Of a DNA stretch of 64,000 bases, positions 48,170 through 58,280 are shown piece by piece. This DNA comes from an uncultured Alphaproteobacteria bacterium (lineage in GTDB: Bacteria; Pseudomonadota; Alphaproteobacteria; RF32; CAG-239), in NCBI GenBank assembly GCA_944393235.1, contig CALXZJ010000004.1, positions 4,162-68,161 on the forward strand. The letters are read 5' to 3'. A program made the translations under genes and the position numbers. Every line of letters starts with the position of its first letter. The stretch's first letter is position 1. The notes under the pieces were generated by a model. The model ran no database searches and was not told the origin of the DNA. It saw only the letters and a list, made by a program, of their open reading frames with translations.

Positions 48170-48976
48170 TTAATTTGAATAAAATCGCGCCGGTAGTTTT
48201 TCACTTTCGGAAAAAGGCTCAAACTTTTTTAACCGGTCATTAAAACAGCCCTCGTCAATATAAAGTTCGTCCGGATTGTTTTGTGTGCGTTCCAACACGC
48301 GCTTTTTGGCTGTTTGTAAATCGCACTGCAAAATATCAAACACCACGTCCGGCGTAAGCGCCTTGGCCCAGTCATAATATTTTTTTCGGTCGTCTTTGCG
48401 CCAAAAACCATAATCCAAAATAACATTTTGCCCGTTTTTGAGCGCTGTTTCCGCGGTTTGCAAAATATAAGCGTCAACTTCTTGACAACATGCGGCAAAA
48501 TTCTCCGGTGTGCGCCCAAAACGTCGGAGCATAATCTCATCATGCGTAAAACGCACGGCAGGGAGTTCTTTTTCCAATTTTTTGGCAAATGTCGTTTTCC
48601 CGAAGCCCATAAAGCCGCATATCAGATGCACGGATGGTGCTTTGCGGATAAGAATGTGTTTAAACCATTTTTCCTGAAAGGCAGTCAGCCGCTCAATGTC
48701 TTCATCGCAAAAGGATTGTCCGATTGGTGCAATAATAAGCTTGTCATCGTCATCATCGGTGCGGCGGATAAAGCCGATGCAACGACCCGAAAAAGTTTCA
48801 AGCGGTGTATCCACACCCAAGACATAGGCGTCCAATTCCTCACCGTCGCCGGAAATTGTGTTCGGCACAAAGCCGTAATTAAGTTCATAAACAAAACCAT
48901 GTTTGGGGTGCAAAGAATGTAACGGTCGGTCGATTTTGACCGTAACGTTGGTGTTAAGATAATCAAAAACCGACAT
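48170..48976 (-). CDS. Fusion protein: N-terminal inorganic-pyrophosphatase-like domain (catalytic motif altered) plus C-terminal P-loop kinase (AAA_33 / zeta-toxin-like) domain.
   Basis: HPKHGFVYELNYGFVPNTISGDGEELDAYVLG resembles family I PPase (canonical DGDPLDVLVL reads DGEELDAYVL); C-terminal Walker A GFMGFGKTT. Confidence 0.5.
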   Translation of the reverse strand: MSVFDYLNTNVTVKIDRPLHSLHPKHGFVYELNYGFVPNTISGDGEELDAYVLGVDTPLETFSGRCIGFIRRTDDDDDKLIIAPIGQSFCDEDIERLTAFQEKWFKHILIRKAPSVHLICGFMGFGKTTFAKKLEKELPAVRFTHDEIMLRRFGRTPENFAACCQEVDAYILQTAETALKNGQNVILDYGFWRKDDRKKYYDWAKALTPDVVFDILQCDLQTAKKRVLERTQNNPDELYIDEGCFNDRLKKFEPFSESEKLPARFYSN

Positions 48977-49130
48977 GCCTCCTCCTTTTATCAGACATCA
49001 TAACGGATAATTTTTTTAAATCCATAAAAAACTATCTGCAAAAAATTTTGCAAAAAAACTTTCCCCGCAAAAAAAACTCCCGAAAAGCAAACCTTCCGGG
49101 AGATGTGTAATGTTTGAGGGGCTTATATGT

Positions 49131-50210
49131 TTACCACCATTTTTCGGTTTTTTGCTGTCCCCAAACCAGTTTTTCACCCATTTTCGGCGTCAATACCGTA
49201 ACATTTTTTTTCTGTGCTTCGTTGAGTACCATGTCAATGGATTCGTGCCACGGATGCAAAGCCAAATCAAACACCGCCCAATGCACCGGCACAATCGTTT
49301 GTGCATCCAAATCCGTTGCGGCACGGATAATTTCTTCCGGAAACATATGCGTGTTCGGCCAACCGGTATTCCAACCGTCAATTTCAATTATAGCCAAATC
49401 AAAAGCGCCGTATTTTTGCCGCATTTCGGCAAAATGCGCGCCGTAACCGCTATCGCCGCTCCAGTAGATGTTTTTGCCGTCGCTCTGAACAACATAAGCA
49501 TTCCACAGGGTTTTGTTGCGGTCGCCCAAACCTCTGCTGGAATAATGAACGGTGGGTTCCGCCGCAATCCGGACACCGTCGGCGTTAAAGACATCGCCCC
49601 AGCCCAGTTCGGTAATGTTTTCAGCCTTCACGCCCCAACCTTTAAGAGCGGCGCCCACGCCGAGTGGCACGATGAAATGTTTGTTTTTCAAAGCTTGTAC
49701 ACTGGCACGCTCCAAGTGATCGTAATGATTATGCGTGATAACCACATAATCAATATTCGGCAACTCGCTGCGTTTTATCGGCGCCTCAACGTAACGTGGC
49801 ACGGCCAACGGTATCGGCGCGGCGTTGCCGAAAACCGGATCAAACAAAAACCGCACGCCGCCAACTTCCATCAAAGCGGTGGAATGTCCCAGCCAATAAA
49901 AAGCGAAATCTTCGGCTTTTGCCGGAAAACTGCCGCGGTTGAGTTTAACTTGCGGCAAATCCACCTTCGGCGCAAAAGGTGAACGCGTTAAAAAACGCAG
50001 CCAGCCGGCCGGTCCGTTGCGAACATTATCAAAATCATAAACCATTTTTTGCGGGCTTTGAAATTCACCGTTTTTGAAATACGCAAGTTTTTCATAAGCT
50101 TTCAAATCAGCCTCGGACGGCGCTTTTCCGATTTCCCTTAAAGCATAAAGCCCAATCCCGCCGATGAAAACGACCGCTGCGGCCAAAAAACAAATAATCA
50201 TTTTTTTCAT
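49131..50210 (-). CDS. Secreted MBL-fold metallo-hydrolase.
   Basis: Signal peptide; HxHxDH motif (ITHNHYDHL) and downstream His/Asp ligands. Confidence 0.75.
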   Translation of the reverse strand: MKKMIICFLAAAVVFIGGIGLYALREIGKAPSEADLKAYEKLAYFKNGEFQSPQKMVYDFDNVRNGPAGWLRFLTRSPFAPKVDLPQVKLNRGSFPAKAEDFAFYWLGHSTALMEVGGVRFLFDPVFGNAAPIPLAVPRYVEAPIKRSELPNIDYVVITHNHYDHLERASVQALKNKHFIVPLGVGAALKGWGVKAENITELGWGDVFNADGVRIAAEPTVHYSSRGLGDRNKTLWNAYVVQSDGKNIYWSGDSGYGAHFAEMRQKYGAFDLAIIEIDGWNTGWPNTHMFPEEIIRAATDLDAQTIVPVHWAVFDLALHPWHESIDMVLNEAQKKNVTVLTPKMGEKLVWGQQKTEKWW

Positions 50211-50256
50211 TCCAACCTCTTGTTTGACAATATTAAAGTCTGTTTCGGCTTTTTAA

Positions 50257-51198
50257 TTAAACCTCAATCAGCTCATAATCGCGATTACCCATGCCGAGCT
50301 TGTCCATATACTTCAGCTGATGCAAACCTTCGCGGCTTTCAATGCGCTCCACAATGTCGTGTTTGTCTTTTTCGGGCAGGGCGTAAACCAAGTCAACGGA
50401 GGCCTGATCAATCGCCAAAATATCGGTTGAAGCCAAAATGCCCAAATCCGGACAAGTCGGTTTGGCGCCGTGTGCATCGCAGTCGCAATCCACCGAGATA
50501 TTTTTTAAGACATTGATATACGTAATATGTTTGCCGAAATGGTCAGTTATTGCTTTGCCGCCTTCCACCATTCTTTCCAAAAATTTCTTGCCGGTTTCCC
50601 AGTTTGATCCGTGCAATTGGGCTTTGCCGACCTTGCCGGAAGCGCAACCGATGGCGATGTTTTTCAAAGAACCGCCGAAACCGCCCATGGCATGCCCTTT
50701 AAAATGTGTGTAAACCACCATGGAGTCGTAATTTTCAATATGCTTGCCGACCGCCACTTCTTTTAAGTGTTTACCGCCGGCAATCGGCAGATTAACATCG
50801 CCGTCTGCGTCCATAATATCCACCGGACAGAAAGTCCAGCCGTTGATTTCCAGCACTTTGCGATGTCCGACCGTATTTTGCCGCAAACTGCCGTACAACA
50901 CGTTGCACTCCACAATCGTGCTGTCGGGGATGTCGGCTTGTAAAGCTTTGGCGAGTTCGCGCGGCAGCAGGTTAGGGCCGTTGGCTTCGCCGGTGTGCAG
51001 TTTGATGGCAACTTTGCCGCTGATGTCCTGATTGACCTTATGATAAAGTTCTTTCAATTTTTTCGGTGTAATTTCTTTTGAGTAATAAACCTTGGCTTTT
51101 TCTTTTTGTGATGCGGCAAAAGTTTTATAAATTCCGCCGCCCAGCAGACCGGCGGCAACCGCGCCGGCTGACATTTTAAAAAAATCTCTGCGTTTCAT
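50257..51198 (-). CDS. DUF362-domain protein with twin-arginine (Tat) signal peptide.
   Basis: MKRRDFFKMSAGAVAAGLL Tat motif; remainder resembles DUF362 proteins. Confidence 0.5.
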   Translation of the reverse strand: MKRRDFFKMSAGAVAAGLLGGGIYKTFAASQKEKAKVYYSKEITPKKLKELYHKVNQDISGKVAIKLHTGEANGPNLLPRELAKALQADIPDSTIVECNVLYGSLRQNTVGHRKVLEINGWTFCPVDIMDADGDVNLPIAGGKHLKEVAVGKHIENYDSMVVYTHFKGHAMGGFGGSLKNIAIGCASGKVGKAQLHGSNWETGKKFLERMVEGGKAITDHFGKHITYINVLKNISVDCDCDAHGAKPTCPDLGILASTDILAIDQASVDLVYALPEKDKHDIVERIESREGLHQLKYMDKLGMGNRDYELIEV

Positions 51199-51220
51199 AA
51201 ACTTAACCTTTCATTTGTTA

Positions 51221-51706
51221 TCAGGCTTTTTTGAACTTAACTTTTTTGCTCAAAATATCGCGGATTTCTTTGATATCTTCTTTACGAACAATAGGATACA
51301 ATGGAATGGAAAATGCCGTAAACCCGCAATTATGTCTTTGTAAAAAATTATACTTGTAATCAATGCCTTTTTTAGGGTTTAAGACAATGACGTCATATTT
51401 CTTAAACCAACAGCGGATGGTTTTTTCCTCGGCGTTCTCCACATCTTTCCACGGCAGTTTGTTGCAATGGTCAATTGTGATGCCTTCATCGTCAATCACC
51501 GCCATTTTGTGCTTCAAAACATATTTATAACCCCATGCCAAGGTTGAAAAGATGAACACGCCGATAATCACTTGTGTCTGCCACCAAAACAAAAGGCACG
51601 GACACACGATGCAGCAATGCAAAATCATAATAAATAACACGGCGTTAAAAATCATCCACACATTAACGGGGTTGAATTTATAATAAAAAGTCTTGGTTTG
51701 GCTCAT
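51221..51706 (-). CDS. Hypothetical membrane protein.
   Basis: 161 aa, 2 N-terminal TM helices, no motif. Confidence 0.45.
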   Translation of the reverse strand: MSQTKTFYYKFNPVNVWMIFNAVLFIMILHCCIVCPCLLFWWQTQVIIGVFIFSTLAWGYKYVLKHKMAVIDDEGITIDHCNKLPWKDVENAEEKTIRCWFKKYDVIVLNPKKGIDYKYNFLQRHNCGFTAFSIPLYPIVRKEDIKEIRDILSKKVKFKKA

Positions 51707-51881
51707 AATTTCCTCCTCATGTCAAAACCGATGGAAACCTCATCTCATTCAACATAACATTTAGAGTTAACTCAAAGTCAAGTGTTTTTTTTAACTTTTT
51801 TAAAAAATTATTTCTTGACTTAAAACCCGCTTTCAACATTAGATTAAACAAAGTGCAATTATTCAAAAACGGGAACAAAGC

Positions 51882-53162
51882 GTGAAGAAAAAAATTTTAT
51901 ATTACGGTCGTGCGGTTTTGGCGCTTATCATCGGCGTTATGAGTGTTTTAGCATTTGCCGGCGTCTTTTATCCCGTGCGGATTTTTGATGTTCAATTTAC
52001 GGCGCTTTTGCAGCGCGTCGCGGTGGATTTTTCGGTTGCTGCCGTTATCTTGCTCTGCCTTCTTCTGGCATTAACGTTGCTTTTCGGACGTTTTTATTGT
52101 TCAACCCTGTGTCCGTTCGGTCTTTTGCAGGAATTGTTTATGACGGTCTTTCGCCGCAAAACCGGTGTGCAAAAAAATTTGCCTTTTAAATATTTTCTGG
52201 CGGTGGTAACGTTCGGGTTTTTAGCCGGCGGCACGGTGTTGGCGGCACGCTGGCTGGATCCGTACACTTTGTTCGGTGCGGCGGCGTCCGGCGCATGGAT
52301 AGGTTTGACGGCGGTTGTTTTGGTGCTGATATTGGTGTGGTTTAAAGGGCGCTTTTTTTGCACCAATATTTGTCCGGTCGGGGTTGTCTTGGGGTTGCTT
52401 TCCAAAATCGCCTTAAATAAAATTTATATTGAAAACGACAAATGCATATCCTGCGGGCTGTGTGCGCGCAAATGCCCGACCGGCAGCATAGATTTCAAAA
52501 ACAAAACGGTTGATAATGAAACTTGCATCAAATGTTTCAAATGCTTAAACCAGTGCCGCAAAGATAGTCTGCATTATGGCATAAAACCGGCAAAAATCAT
52601 ACCGTTTAGTCCGGCGCGCCGCCGTTTGCTTGTCAGTACGGCATTTGCCGCATTTGTTGCCGCCACAATCCGCGGCGGTATGGATTTTGCCCGTGCGGCC
52701 GTCGGCAAATTAAAAAAAGCGGTCTTGCCCGCCGGTGCGGACAACGCCGATGATTTTGCCAACCGTTGCTTGAACTGCAATTTGTGCGTGCAAAACTGTC
52801 CGATGAAAATCATCAAAAAAGCAAATGAGGATTACCTGACCGTGCATATTGACTACGGCGATAATTTTTGCGACTATAACTGCCATAAATGCAGTGTGGT
52901 CTGCCCTTCCGGCGCCATCAAAAAAATAGCGCTGGAACAAAAGCAAAAAACTCAAATAGCGCTTGCGGTGGTTGATGAAAACATCTGCGTCAAATGCGGC
53001 CTCTGCGTGCGGGAATGTCCGCGGCAGATTATCCGTAAAGCAGACGGTGCTTACCCGCAAATCAGCGCGGACGAGTGCATCGGTTGCGGCGCTTGCCAAA
53101 GTGTTTGTCCGGTCAAAGCCATCACGATGCTTCCGGTGGAAAAACAAAAGATTTTAGGATAA
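51882..53162 (+). CDS. Membrane-anchored polyferredoxin (NapH/MauN-like 4Fe-4S protein).
   Basis: 4-5 N-terminal TM helices followed by at least 4 CxxCxxCxxxCP motifs; predicted GTG start. Confidence 0.7.
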   Translation: MKKKILYYGRAVLALIIGVMSVLAFAGVFYPVRIFDVQFTALLQRVAVDFSVAAVILLCLLLALTLLFGRFYCSTLCPFGLLQELFMTVFRRKTGVQKNLPFKYFLAVVTFGFLAGGTVLAARWLDPYTLFGAAASGAWIGLTAVVLVLILVWFKGRFFCTNICPVGVVLGLLSKIALNKIYIENDKCISCGLCARKCPTGSIDFKNKTVDNETCIKCFKCLNQCRKDSLHYGIKPAKIIPFSPARRRLLVSTAFAAFVAATIRGGMDFARAAVGKLKKAVLPAGADNADDFANRCLNCNLCVQNCPMKIIKKANEDYLTVHIDYGDNFCDYNCHKCSVVCPSGAIKKIALEQKQKTQIALAVVDENICVKCGLCVRECPRQIIRKADGAYPQISADECIGCGACQSVCPVKAITMLPVEKQKILG

Positions 53163-53173
53163 GGAGAACAAAA

Positions 53174-53386
53174 ATGTCATTAGGTTTAACAGAAATTGCC
53201 CTGATTTTGGTTGTGGTTTTACTGCTTTTCGGCGGCAAACGGATTCCCGAACTGGCTAAAGCCTTGGGCAAGGCGCAGTATGAATACAAAAAAGCCAAAG
53301 AGCTTTTGCAAAACGAGGCAAAAGACTTGAAAGACACGGTTGAACAAGTCGTCAAAGACGAAGAAAACAAAGATAAAAAACAATAA
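53174..53386 (+). CDS. tatA: Twin-arginine translocase subunit TatA.
   Basis: [34 protein letters not shown]... canonical TatA/E N-terminus; RBS aaggaga. Confidence 0.85.
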   Translation: MSLGLTEIALILVVVLLLFGGKRIPELAKALGKAQYEYKKAKELLQNEAKDLKDTVEQVVKDEENKDKKQ

Positions 53387-53404
53387 AATCAATCGGCTCC
53401 GGTC

Positions 53405-54145
53405 ATGGAAGATAAAGACGAAAGCCTGATTGCGCATCTGGAGGCGTTGCGCGCCATGCTGCTCAAAAGTCTGCTGGCTTTGGCGGTGGGGCTTGTGCCG
53501 GTGTTTTTGTTGACACCGTGGTTTTTGGACGCCCTGATTGCCGTCATGATTCGCGACAACGATGTAACGCTTAATTATTTTTCGCCGATGGAAGTTTTTA
53601 TTTTGCAGATAAAAACCGCGGTGGTTTTGGACATTCTCGTTTGCTTTCCCTACATTGCCAAACAAATCTGGAATTTTGTCTTGCCGGGGCTTTATGAACA
53701 CGAGCGCCGCTTTGTCAAATCAATCGTTCTTGTTTCAAGCGGGTTGTTTATTATCGGCGTTTTGTTTTGTTTGTTTTTTATTTTACCGATGCTGATAAAT
53801 TTCGGCATCAGTTTTGCCACCGACAATATCAAGGCGGTGTTTGGCATCTCAAACATCGTAACCCTTGCTTTATGGCTGTCGGTTGTGTTCGGGCTGATGT
53901 TTCAGTTTCCGCTCATTACTTATTCGCTGATACGCGCCGACATAGTTTCATATGAAATGGTTAAAAGCAAGCGCCCGTATATTATTGTCGGCATTTTGAT
54001 TATTGCTGCCTTGTTAACCCCGCCGGACGTGGTCAGCCAGTTGATGTTGGCAACCCCAACATATCTGCTCTTTGAAGCCGGCTTATATGCAGCCAAATAC
54101 AAAGCGAAATCAAAACCCTCTGAAAAAAACGTAAAAAAATCTTGA
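53405..54145 (+). CDS. tatC: Twin-arginine translocase subunit TatC.
   Basis: 246 aa, 6 TM helices, conserved TatC N-terminal LxxHLxELRxRL pattern. Confidence 0.9.
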   Translation: MEDKDESLIAHLEALRAMLLKSLLALAVGLVPVFLLTPWFLDALIAVMIRDNDVTLNYFSPMEVFILQIKTAVVLDILVCFPYIAKQIWNFVLPGLYEHERRFVKSIVLVSSGLFIIGVLFCLFFILPMLINFGISFATDNIKAVFGISNIVTLALWLSVVFGLMFQFPLITYSLIRADIVSYEMVKSKRPYIIVGILIIAALLTPPDVVSQLMLATPTYLLFEAGLYAAKYKAKSKPSEKNVKKS

Positions 54146-54206
54146 CTTAAAGCACACTCCAACTTTTATGATGAACGTATCTTAAAACCAAAAGGAGATT
54201 TTTATC

Positions 54207-55445
54207 ATGAACAGACGCGGTTTTTTAATGAGCTCGCTGGCGGTGTTTGCGTTATCGGCGCTGCCTAAATTAACGCTGGCGGAAACGGTTGCCGTTTCCG
54301 AAGCGGTCAAATCTCAAGTCAATCCGGCCGACAAGCTCGGGTTCGGCTTTATGCGTCTGCCGTTAAAAGACCCGCAAGATCAAACATCTATTGATTATGA
54401 TACCTTAAACAAAATGGTGGATTTGTTTTTGGAGCGCGGCTTTACATATTTTGACACCGCATGGATGTACATGGGTCATGAAAGCGAGATTGCGTTAAGA
54501 GAGTCGCTGGTCAAACGTTACCCGCGCGATAAATTCGTGGTGGCAAGCAAACTGCCGGTCGGGTCAATAAACAGCGCCGCGGAACAGGAAGAAGTCTTCA
54601 ATAAGCAGTTGGAAAAAACCGGTCTGGAATATTTTGACTATTATCTGGTGCATAACATCAATGCCAAGACCATAGACAACGTCCGTAAGTTTGACAGTTT
54701 CAAATTTATATCCGATAAGAAAAAAGAAGGCAAAGTCAAACACATCGGCTTTTCTTTTCATGACGGACCGGAACTTTTGGAAGAAGTCTTAAAAGAACAT
54801 CCGGAAGTGGAATTTGTGCAGTTGCAAATAAACTACATTGACTGGGATAACAAGAGCATCCAGTCGCGCAAGTGCTATGAAGTTGCTCAAAAATATAACA
54901 AACCGGTGATTGTGATGGAGCCGGTCAAAGGCGGCACATTGGCGCAAGTTCCGCCGCCGGTGGAAAAAATATTTAAGGATGCCGAGCCGAATATGTCGGT
55001 GGCTTCGTGGGCGGTGCGTTATGCGGCAAGCCTTGAAGGCGTCATGAAAGTTTTAAGCGGCATGAGCACTTTGGAACAAGTGGAAGACAACACAAGCTAT
55101 ATGCAAAACTTTAAACCGCTGAATACGCAAGAAAAGAAAGTGATTGAAGAAGCGGTCAAGACACTGCATTCCGAGATAACCATTCCTTGCACCGCTTGCC
55201 AGTATTGCGTGGAGTGGTGCCCGATGAAAATTGCCATTCCGGAATATTTTGCGCTTTACAATGCCGAAAAGCAGGAAAAAGGCGGCAAACCGTTTACGGC
55301 GCAAAAAATGTATTATGATAATCTGACCAAAAAACACGGCAAGGCTTCGGCCTGCATCGGCTGTAAACAGTGTGAAAAACATTGTCCGCAACACATTGAA
55401 ATTACCAAGTGGCTCAAAGAGGTTGCCAAAACTTTTGAAGCATAA
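54207..55445 (+). CDS. Tat-exported aldo/keto reductase fused to a C-terminal 2x[4Fe-4S] ferredoxin domain.
   Basis: [17 protein letters not shown] Tat signal; AKR core; C-terminal [12 protein letters not shown] and [12 protein letters not shown] motifs. Confidence 0.75.
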   Translation: MNRRGFLMSSLAVFALSALPKLTLAETVAVSEAVKSQVNPADKLGFGFMRLPLKDPQDQTSIDYDTLNKMVDLFLERGFTYFDTAWMYMGHESEIALRESLVKRYPRDKFVVASKLPVGSINSAAEQEEVFNKQLEKTGLEYFDYYLVHNINAKTIDNVRKFDSFKFISDKKKEGKVKHIGFSFHDGPELLEEVLKEHPEVEFVQLQINYIDWDNKSIQSRKCYEVAQKYNKPVIVMEPVKGGTLAQVPPPVEKIFKDAEPNMSVASWAVRYAASLEGVMKVLSGMSTLEQVEDNTSYMQNFKPLNTQEKKVIEEAVKTLHSEITIPCTACQYCVEWCPMKIAIPEYFALYNAEKQEKGGKPFTAQKMYYDNLTKKHGKASACIGCKQCEKHCPQHIEITKWLKEVAKTFEA

Positions 55446-55480
55446 GTTATGTCCGGTTGCGACATCCGGCGGAGGAAAAA

Positions 55481-56164
55481 ATGGAAAACAAATTTGATGA
55501 TATCGGCTTTGCCAAACTGGATACCACGCGGCAAAACCGCACCGGCATGGCAGAAACGATTTATTGCCCCGGCAAGACCAATGAGCAGCTTTTAAGGATT
55601 CTGCGCTCATTTCACGAAAAAAACATTGCCGTTTTAGGCACACGCTGCACGGTTGAACAATTTGCCTATGTCAAAGACAAAGGCTTGCCGCTTGAATATG
55701 ACCCCACCTCGCGCGTTATCAAATTAACCGCCGCTCCGATGCATAAGTTGCCGGGCAGGGTAGCTGTTTGCACCGGCGGCACGGCGGATTTGCCGGTGGC
55801 GGAAGAAGCCGCGCAAGTGGCAGAATTTTTCGGTGCAACGGTTGATAGGCATTTTGATGTCGGCGTGACTGGCATTCATCGTTTGCTGGCTAAGGTTGAA
55901 GATATCCGTAAAGCCGATGTGATTATCGCCGTTGCCGGCATGGAAGGCGCTTTAAGCACGGTGCTTGCCGGTCTGGTGGAAGCGCCGGTGGTTTCCGTCC
56001 CCACTTCGGTCGGCTACGGCGCATCGTTTCATGGCTTATCAGCACTCTTGACAATGCTGAATTCTTGTGCCGAGGGCATTTCGGTGGTCAACATTGACAA
56101 CGGATTCGGCGCCGGCGTTTTGGCTTGCCGGATTTTACGGATGTTGGAAAGAAAACATGACTAA
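55481..56164 (+). CDS. larB: Nickel-pincer cofactor biosynthesis protein LarB (PurE-like carboxylase).
   Basis: PurE/AIR-carboxylase-like fold (TGGTADLPVAEEA...AVAGMEGALSTVLAGL); start set to ATG with GGAGG RBS; overlaps larC by 8 nt. Confidence 0.75.
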   Translation: MENKFDDIGFAKLDTTRQNRTGMAETIYCPGKTNEQLLRILRSFHEKNIAVLGTRCTVEQFAYVKDKGLPLEYDPTSRVIKLTAAPMHKLPGRVAVCTGGTADLPVAEEAAQVAEFFGATVDRHFDVGVTGIHRLLAKVEDIRKADVIIAVAGMEGALSTVLAGLVEAPVVSVPTSVGYGASFHGLSALLTMLNSCAEGISVVNIDNGFGAGVLACRILRMLERKHD

Positions 56165-57434
56165 ATATTTATATTTGGAAGGTTCCTGCGGTATCAGCGG
56201 CGATATGACGGTAGCCGCCCTTTTGGATTTGGGAGGCAATCGGCAAAAACTAGACGCCGTGCTGCAAAGCTTGCCGCTTGAGGGTTATGATTATGTTATC
56301 AGCCGCAAAAACTCATACAGCATCGCCGGATGTGATTTTGCCGTCCGCCTGCATGACACGATGCCGATGCGGGAAAGCGCCTATACGCCGGAACATCATC
56401 ATGAACATGAACACGCACATCACCATGGGCATGAACACGAGCATGACCATCACCACGAACACCGCCATTTAAAAGATGTTTACGAAATTATAGACCGCGG
56501 CACAATGACTGAAAACGCTAAAAATCTGGCTAAAAAGATTTTTCATATTGTGGCGGAGGCTGAAGCCAAAGCCCACGGCTGCGGCATTGAAGAAGTCCAT
56601 TTTCATGAGGTCGGCGCCGTAGATTCTATCATAGACATTGTCTCGGCGGCGGTTTTGCTTGATGATCTAGGCATCAAAGAGGTTATTGTTACCGGCTTGA
56701 ACGAAGGGGAGGGATTCGTCATGTGCCAACATGGGCAACTGCCGGTTCCGGTGCCGGCGGTGGCAAACATTGCAAGCGCACACGGCATTACCTTGCGCAC
56801 CGGTCATGCTAAAAGTGAGATGGTTACCCCGACCGGCATTGCTATCGCTGCCGCTGTCAAAACGAGCGACCGCCTGCCGGATGAATATAAAATCTTAAAA
56901 ATCGGCGTTGGTTTGGGCAAGCGCGATTTCGGCAGGGCTAATTTTCTGCGCGCCATGATTTTGGAAGATGCGGCACGCCCGAATAATGAATCGGAAGCCG
57001 AAAAAATTTATGTGGTAGAATGCAATATTGACGATTCGACGCCCGAGGAAATGGGCTTGGCTATGGAAAAATTGTTCGCTGTCGGCGCTAAAGATGTTCA
57101 TTTTGAAACCTGCTACATGAAAAAGAACCGTCCGGCGTATATATTGCGCGTGGTTGCCGCGGCGGCGGATTTGCCGCGGATTGAAGACGCAATTTTCCGC
57201 CACACCTCAACCATCGGTTTGCGGAAATACGTTGTGGAACGCACTTGTATGGCGCGTGAGATTGTGTCGGTTTTTATCCGCGAACAAGAGGTTAAAGTAA
57301 AAAAATGCGCCTACAAAGACATTGTGCGGTATTATCCGGAATATGAAAGCATCAAGGCCTTGTCCGATACAACCGGCGAACCTTTCCGTGAGCTTTATCA
57401 ACAAGCCTGCCGTCTGGCGGCGGAAGAAAAATAA
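56157..57434 (+). CDS. larC: Nickel insertion protein LarC.
   Basis: MTKYLYLEGSCGISGDM N-terminus and His-rich tract HHHEHEHAHHHGHEHEHDHHHEH typical of LarC. Confidence 0.85.
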   Translation: MTKYLYLEGSCGISGDMTVAALLDLGGNRQKLDAVLQSLPLEGYDYVISRKNSYSIAGCDFAVRLHDTMPMRESAYTPEHHHEHEHAHHHGHEHEHDHHHEHRHLKDVYEIIDRGTMTENAKNLAKKIFHIVAEAEAKAHGCGIEEVHFHEVGAVDSIIDIVSAAVLLDDLGIKEVIVTGLNEGEGFVMCQHGQLPVPVPAVANIASAHGITLRTGHAKSEMVTPTGIAIAAAVKTSDRLPDEYKILKIGVGLGKRDFGRANFLRAMILEDAARPNNESEAEKIYVVECNIDDSTPEEMGLAMEKLFAVGAKDVHFETCYMKKNRPAYILRVVAAAADLPRIEDAIFRHTSTIGLRKYVVERTCMAREIVSVFIREQEVKVKKCAYKDIVRYYPEYESIKALSDTTGEPFRELYQQACRLAAEEK

Positions 57435-58280
57435 ATGCTGACAAAGCTTGAGGCATATTTAAAAGAACTTTCGGCTGCCGGTGTTTCCCTGGCTTTTTCC
57501 GGCGGGGTTGACAGCGCCTTGCTGCTGGCAGTGTTGCAAAAAGTGTATCAACAAGCGCCGTTTAATTTAAAAGTTTTAACCGCCGCCACTGTTTTGCAAG
57601 ATCCGGCAGAAATCAGAGCGGCGGAACAAAAATTACAACAAAGCGGCGTGCCGTATGAGGTTTTGCGTTTCAATCCGCTGGATATGGAACAAGTGCGGCT
57701 CAACCGACCGGATAGATGTTACTGGTGCAAAAAAAATATTTTTTTGCTGTTTCGGAAAAATGCCGATGCGGCCGGTATAAAATATTTGCTTGACGGTACC
57801 AACGCAGATGATCTTAAAACTTACCGCCCCGGACTTAAAGCCTTAAAGGAGTTAGACGTTGTTTCGCCTCTGGCAACGCTGGGGATAAACAAAGCCGCCG
57901 TGCGGGAAATGTCAAAAAAACTCGGCCTTGACACGGCAGATAAACCGTCGGTGCCTTGCATGGCAACGCGTTTTGCCTATAATACGACGCTTGAGCCTGA
58001 AAAAATTTCGCAAGTTGCGGCAGGTGAAGAGATTATCAAAAAAGCTTGCCCGCAGATTCGCAATTTGAGATTGCGCGCGGATAATAACACGGCGCGGATA
58101 GAAATTGACGCGGCAGATTTTGCACTTTTGCTGCCGAAAAGGGAAGAACTCGTTACAAATTTGAAGAGCATCGGCTTTGCACGCGTCACGCTGGATTTGC
58201 AAGGTTTTCGCTCCGGCAGTCAGGATGAACGCTTAACCACCAACAAGAATGGAGAAAATAATGCAGAATTTGAAAAATAA
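57435..58280 (+). CDS. larE: ATP-dependent sacrificial sulfur transferase LarE (PP-loop).
   Basis: PP-loop SGGVDS; conserved Cys region; immediately follows larC (TAA-ATG). Confidence 0.8.
   Translation: MLTKLEAYLKELSAAGVSLAFSGGVDSALLLAVLQKVYQQAPFNLKVLTAATVLQDPAEIRAAEQKLQQSGVPYEVLRFNPLDMEQVRLNRPDRCYWCKKNIFLLFRKNADAAGIKYLLDGTNADDLKTYRPGLKALKELDVVSPLATLGINKAAVREMSKKLGLDTADKPSVPCMATRFAYNTTLEPEKISQVAAGEEIIKKACPQIRNLRLRADNNTARIEIDAADFALLLPKREELVTNLKSIGFARVTLDLQGFRSGSQDERLTTNKNGENNAEFEK

Noticed and set aside
49110-49982. 290-aa plus-strand ORF opposite the MBL hydrolase gene
   Set aside because: It is antisense to a gene with clear HxHxDH motifs and signal peptide. The plus-strand product is low-complexity with no start context.
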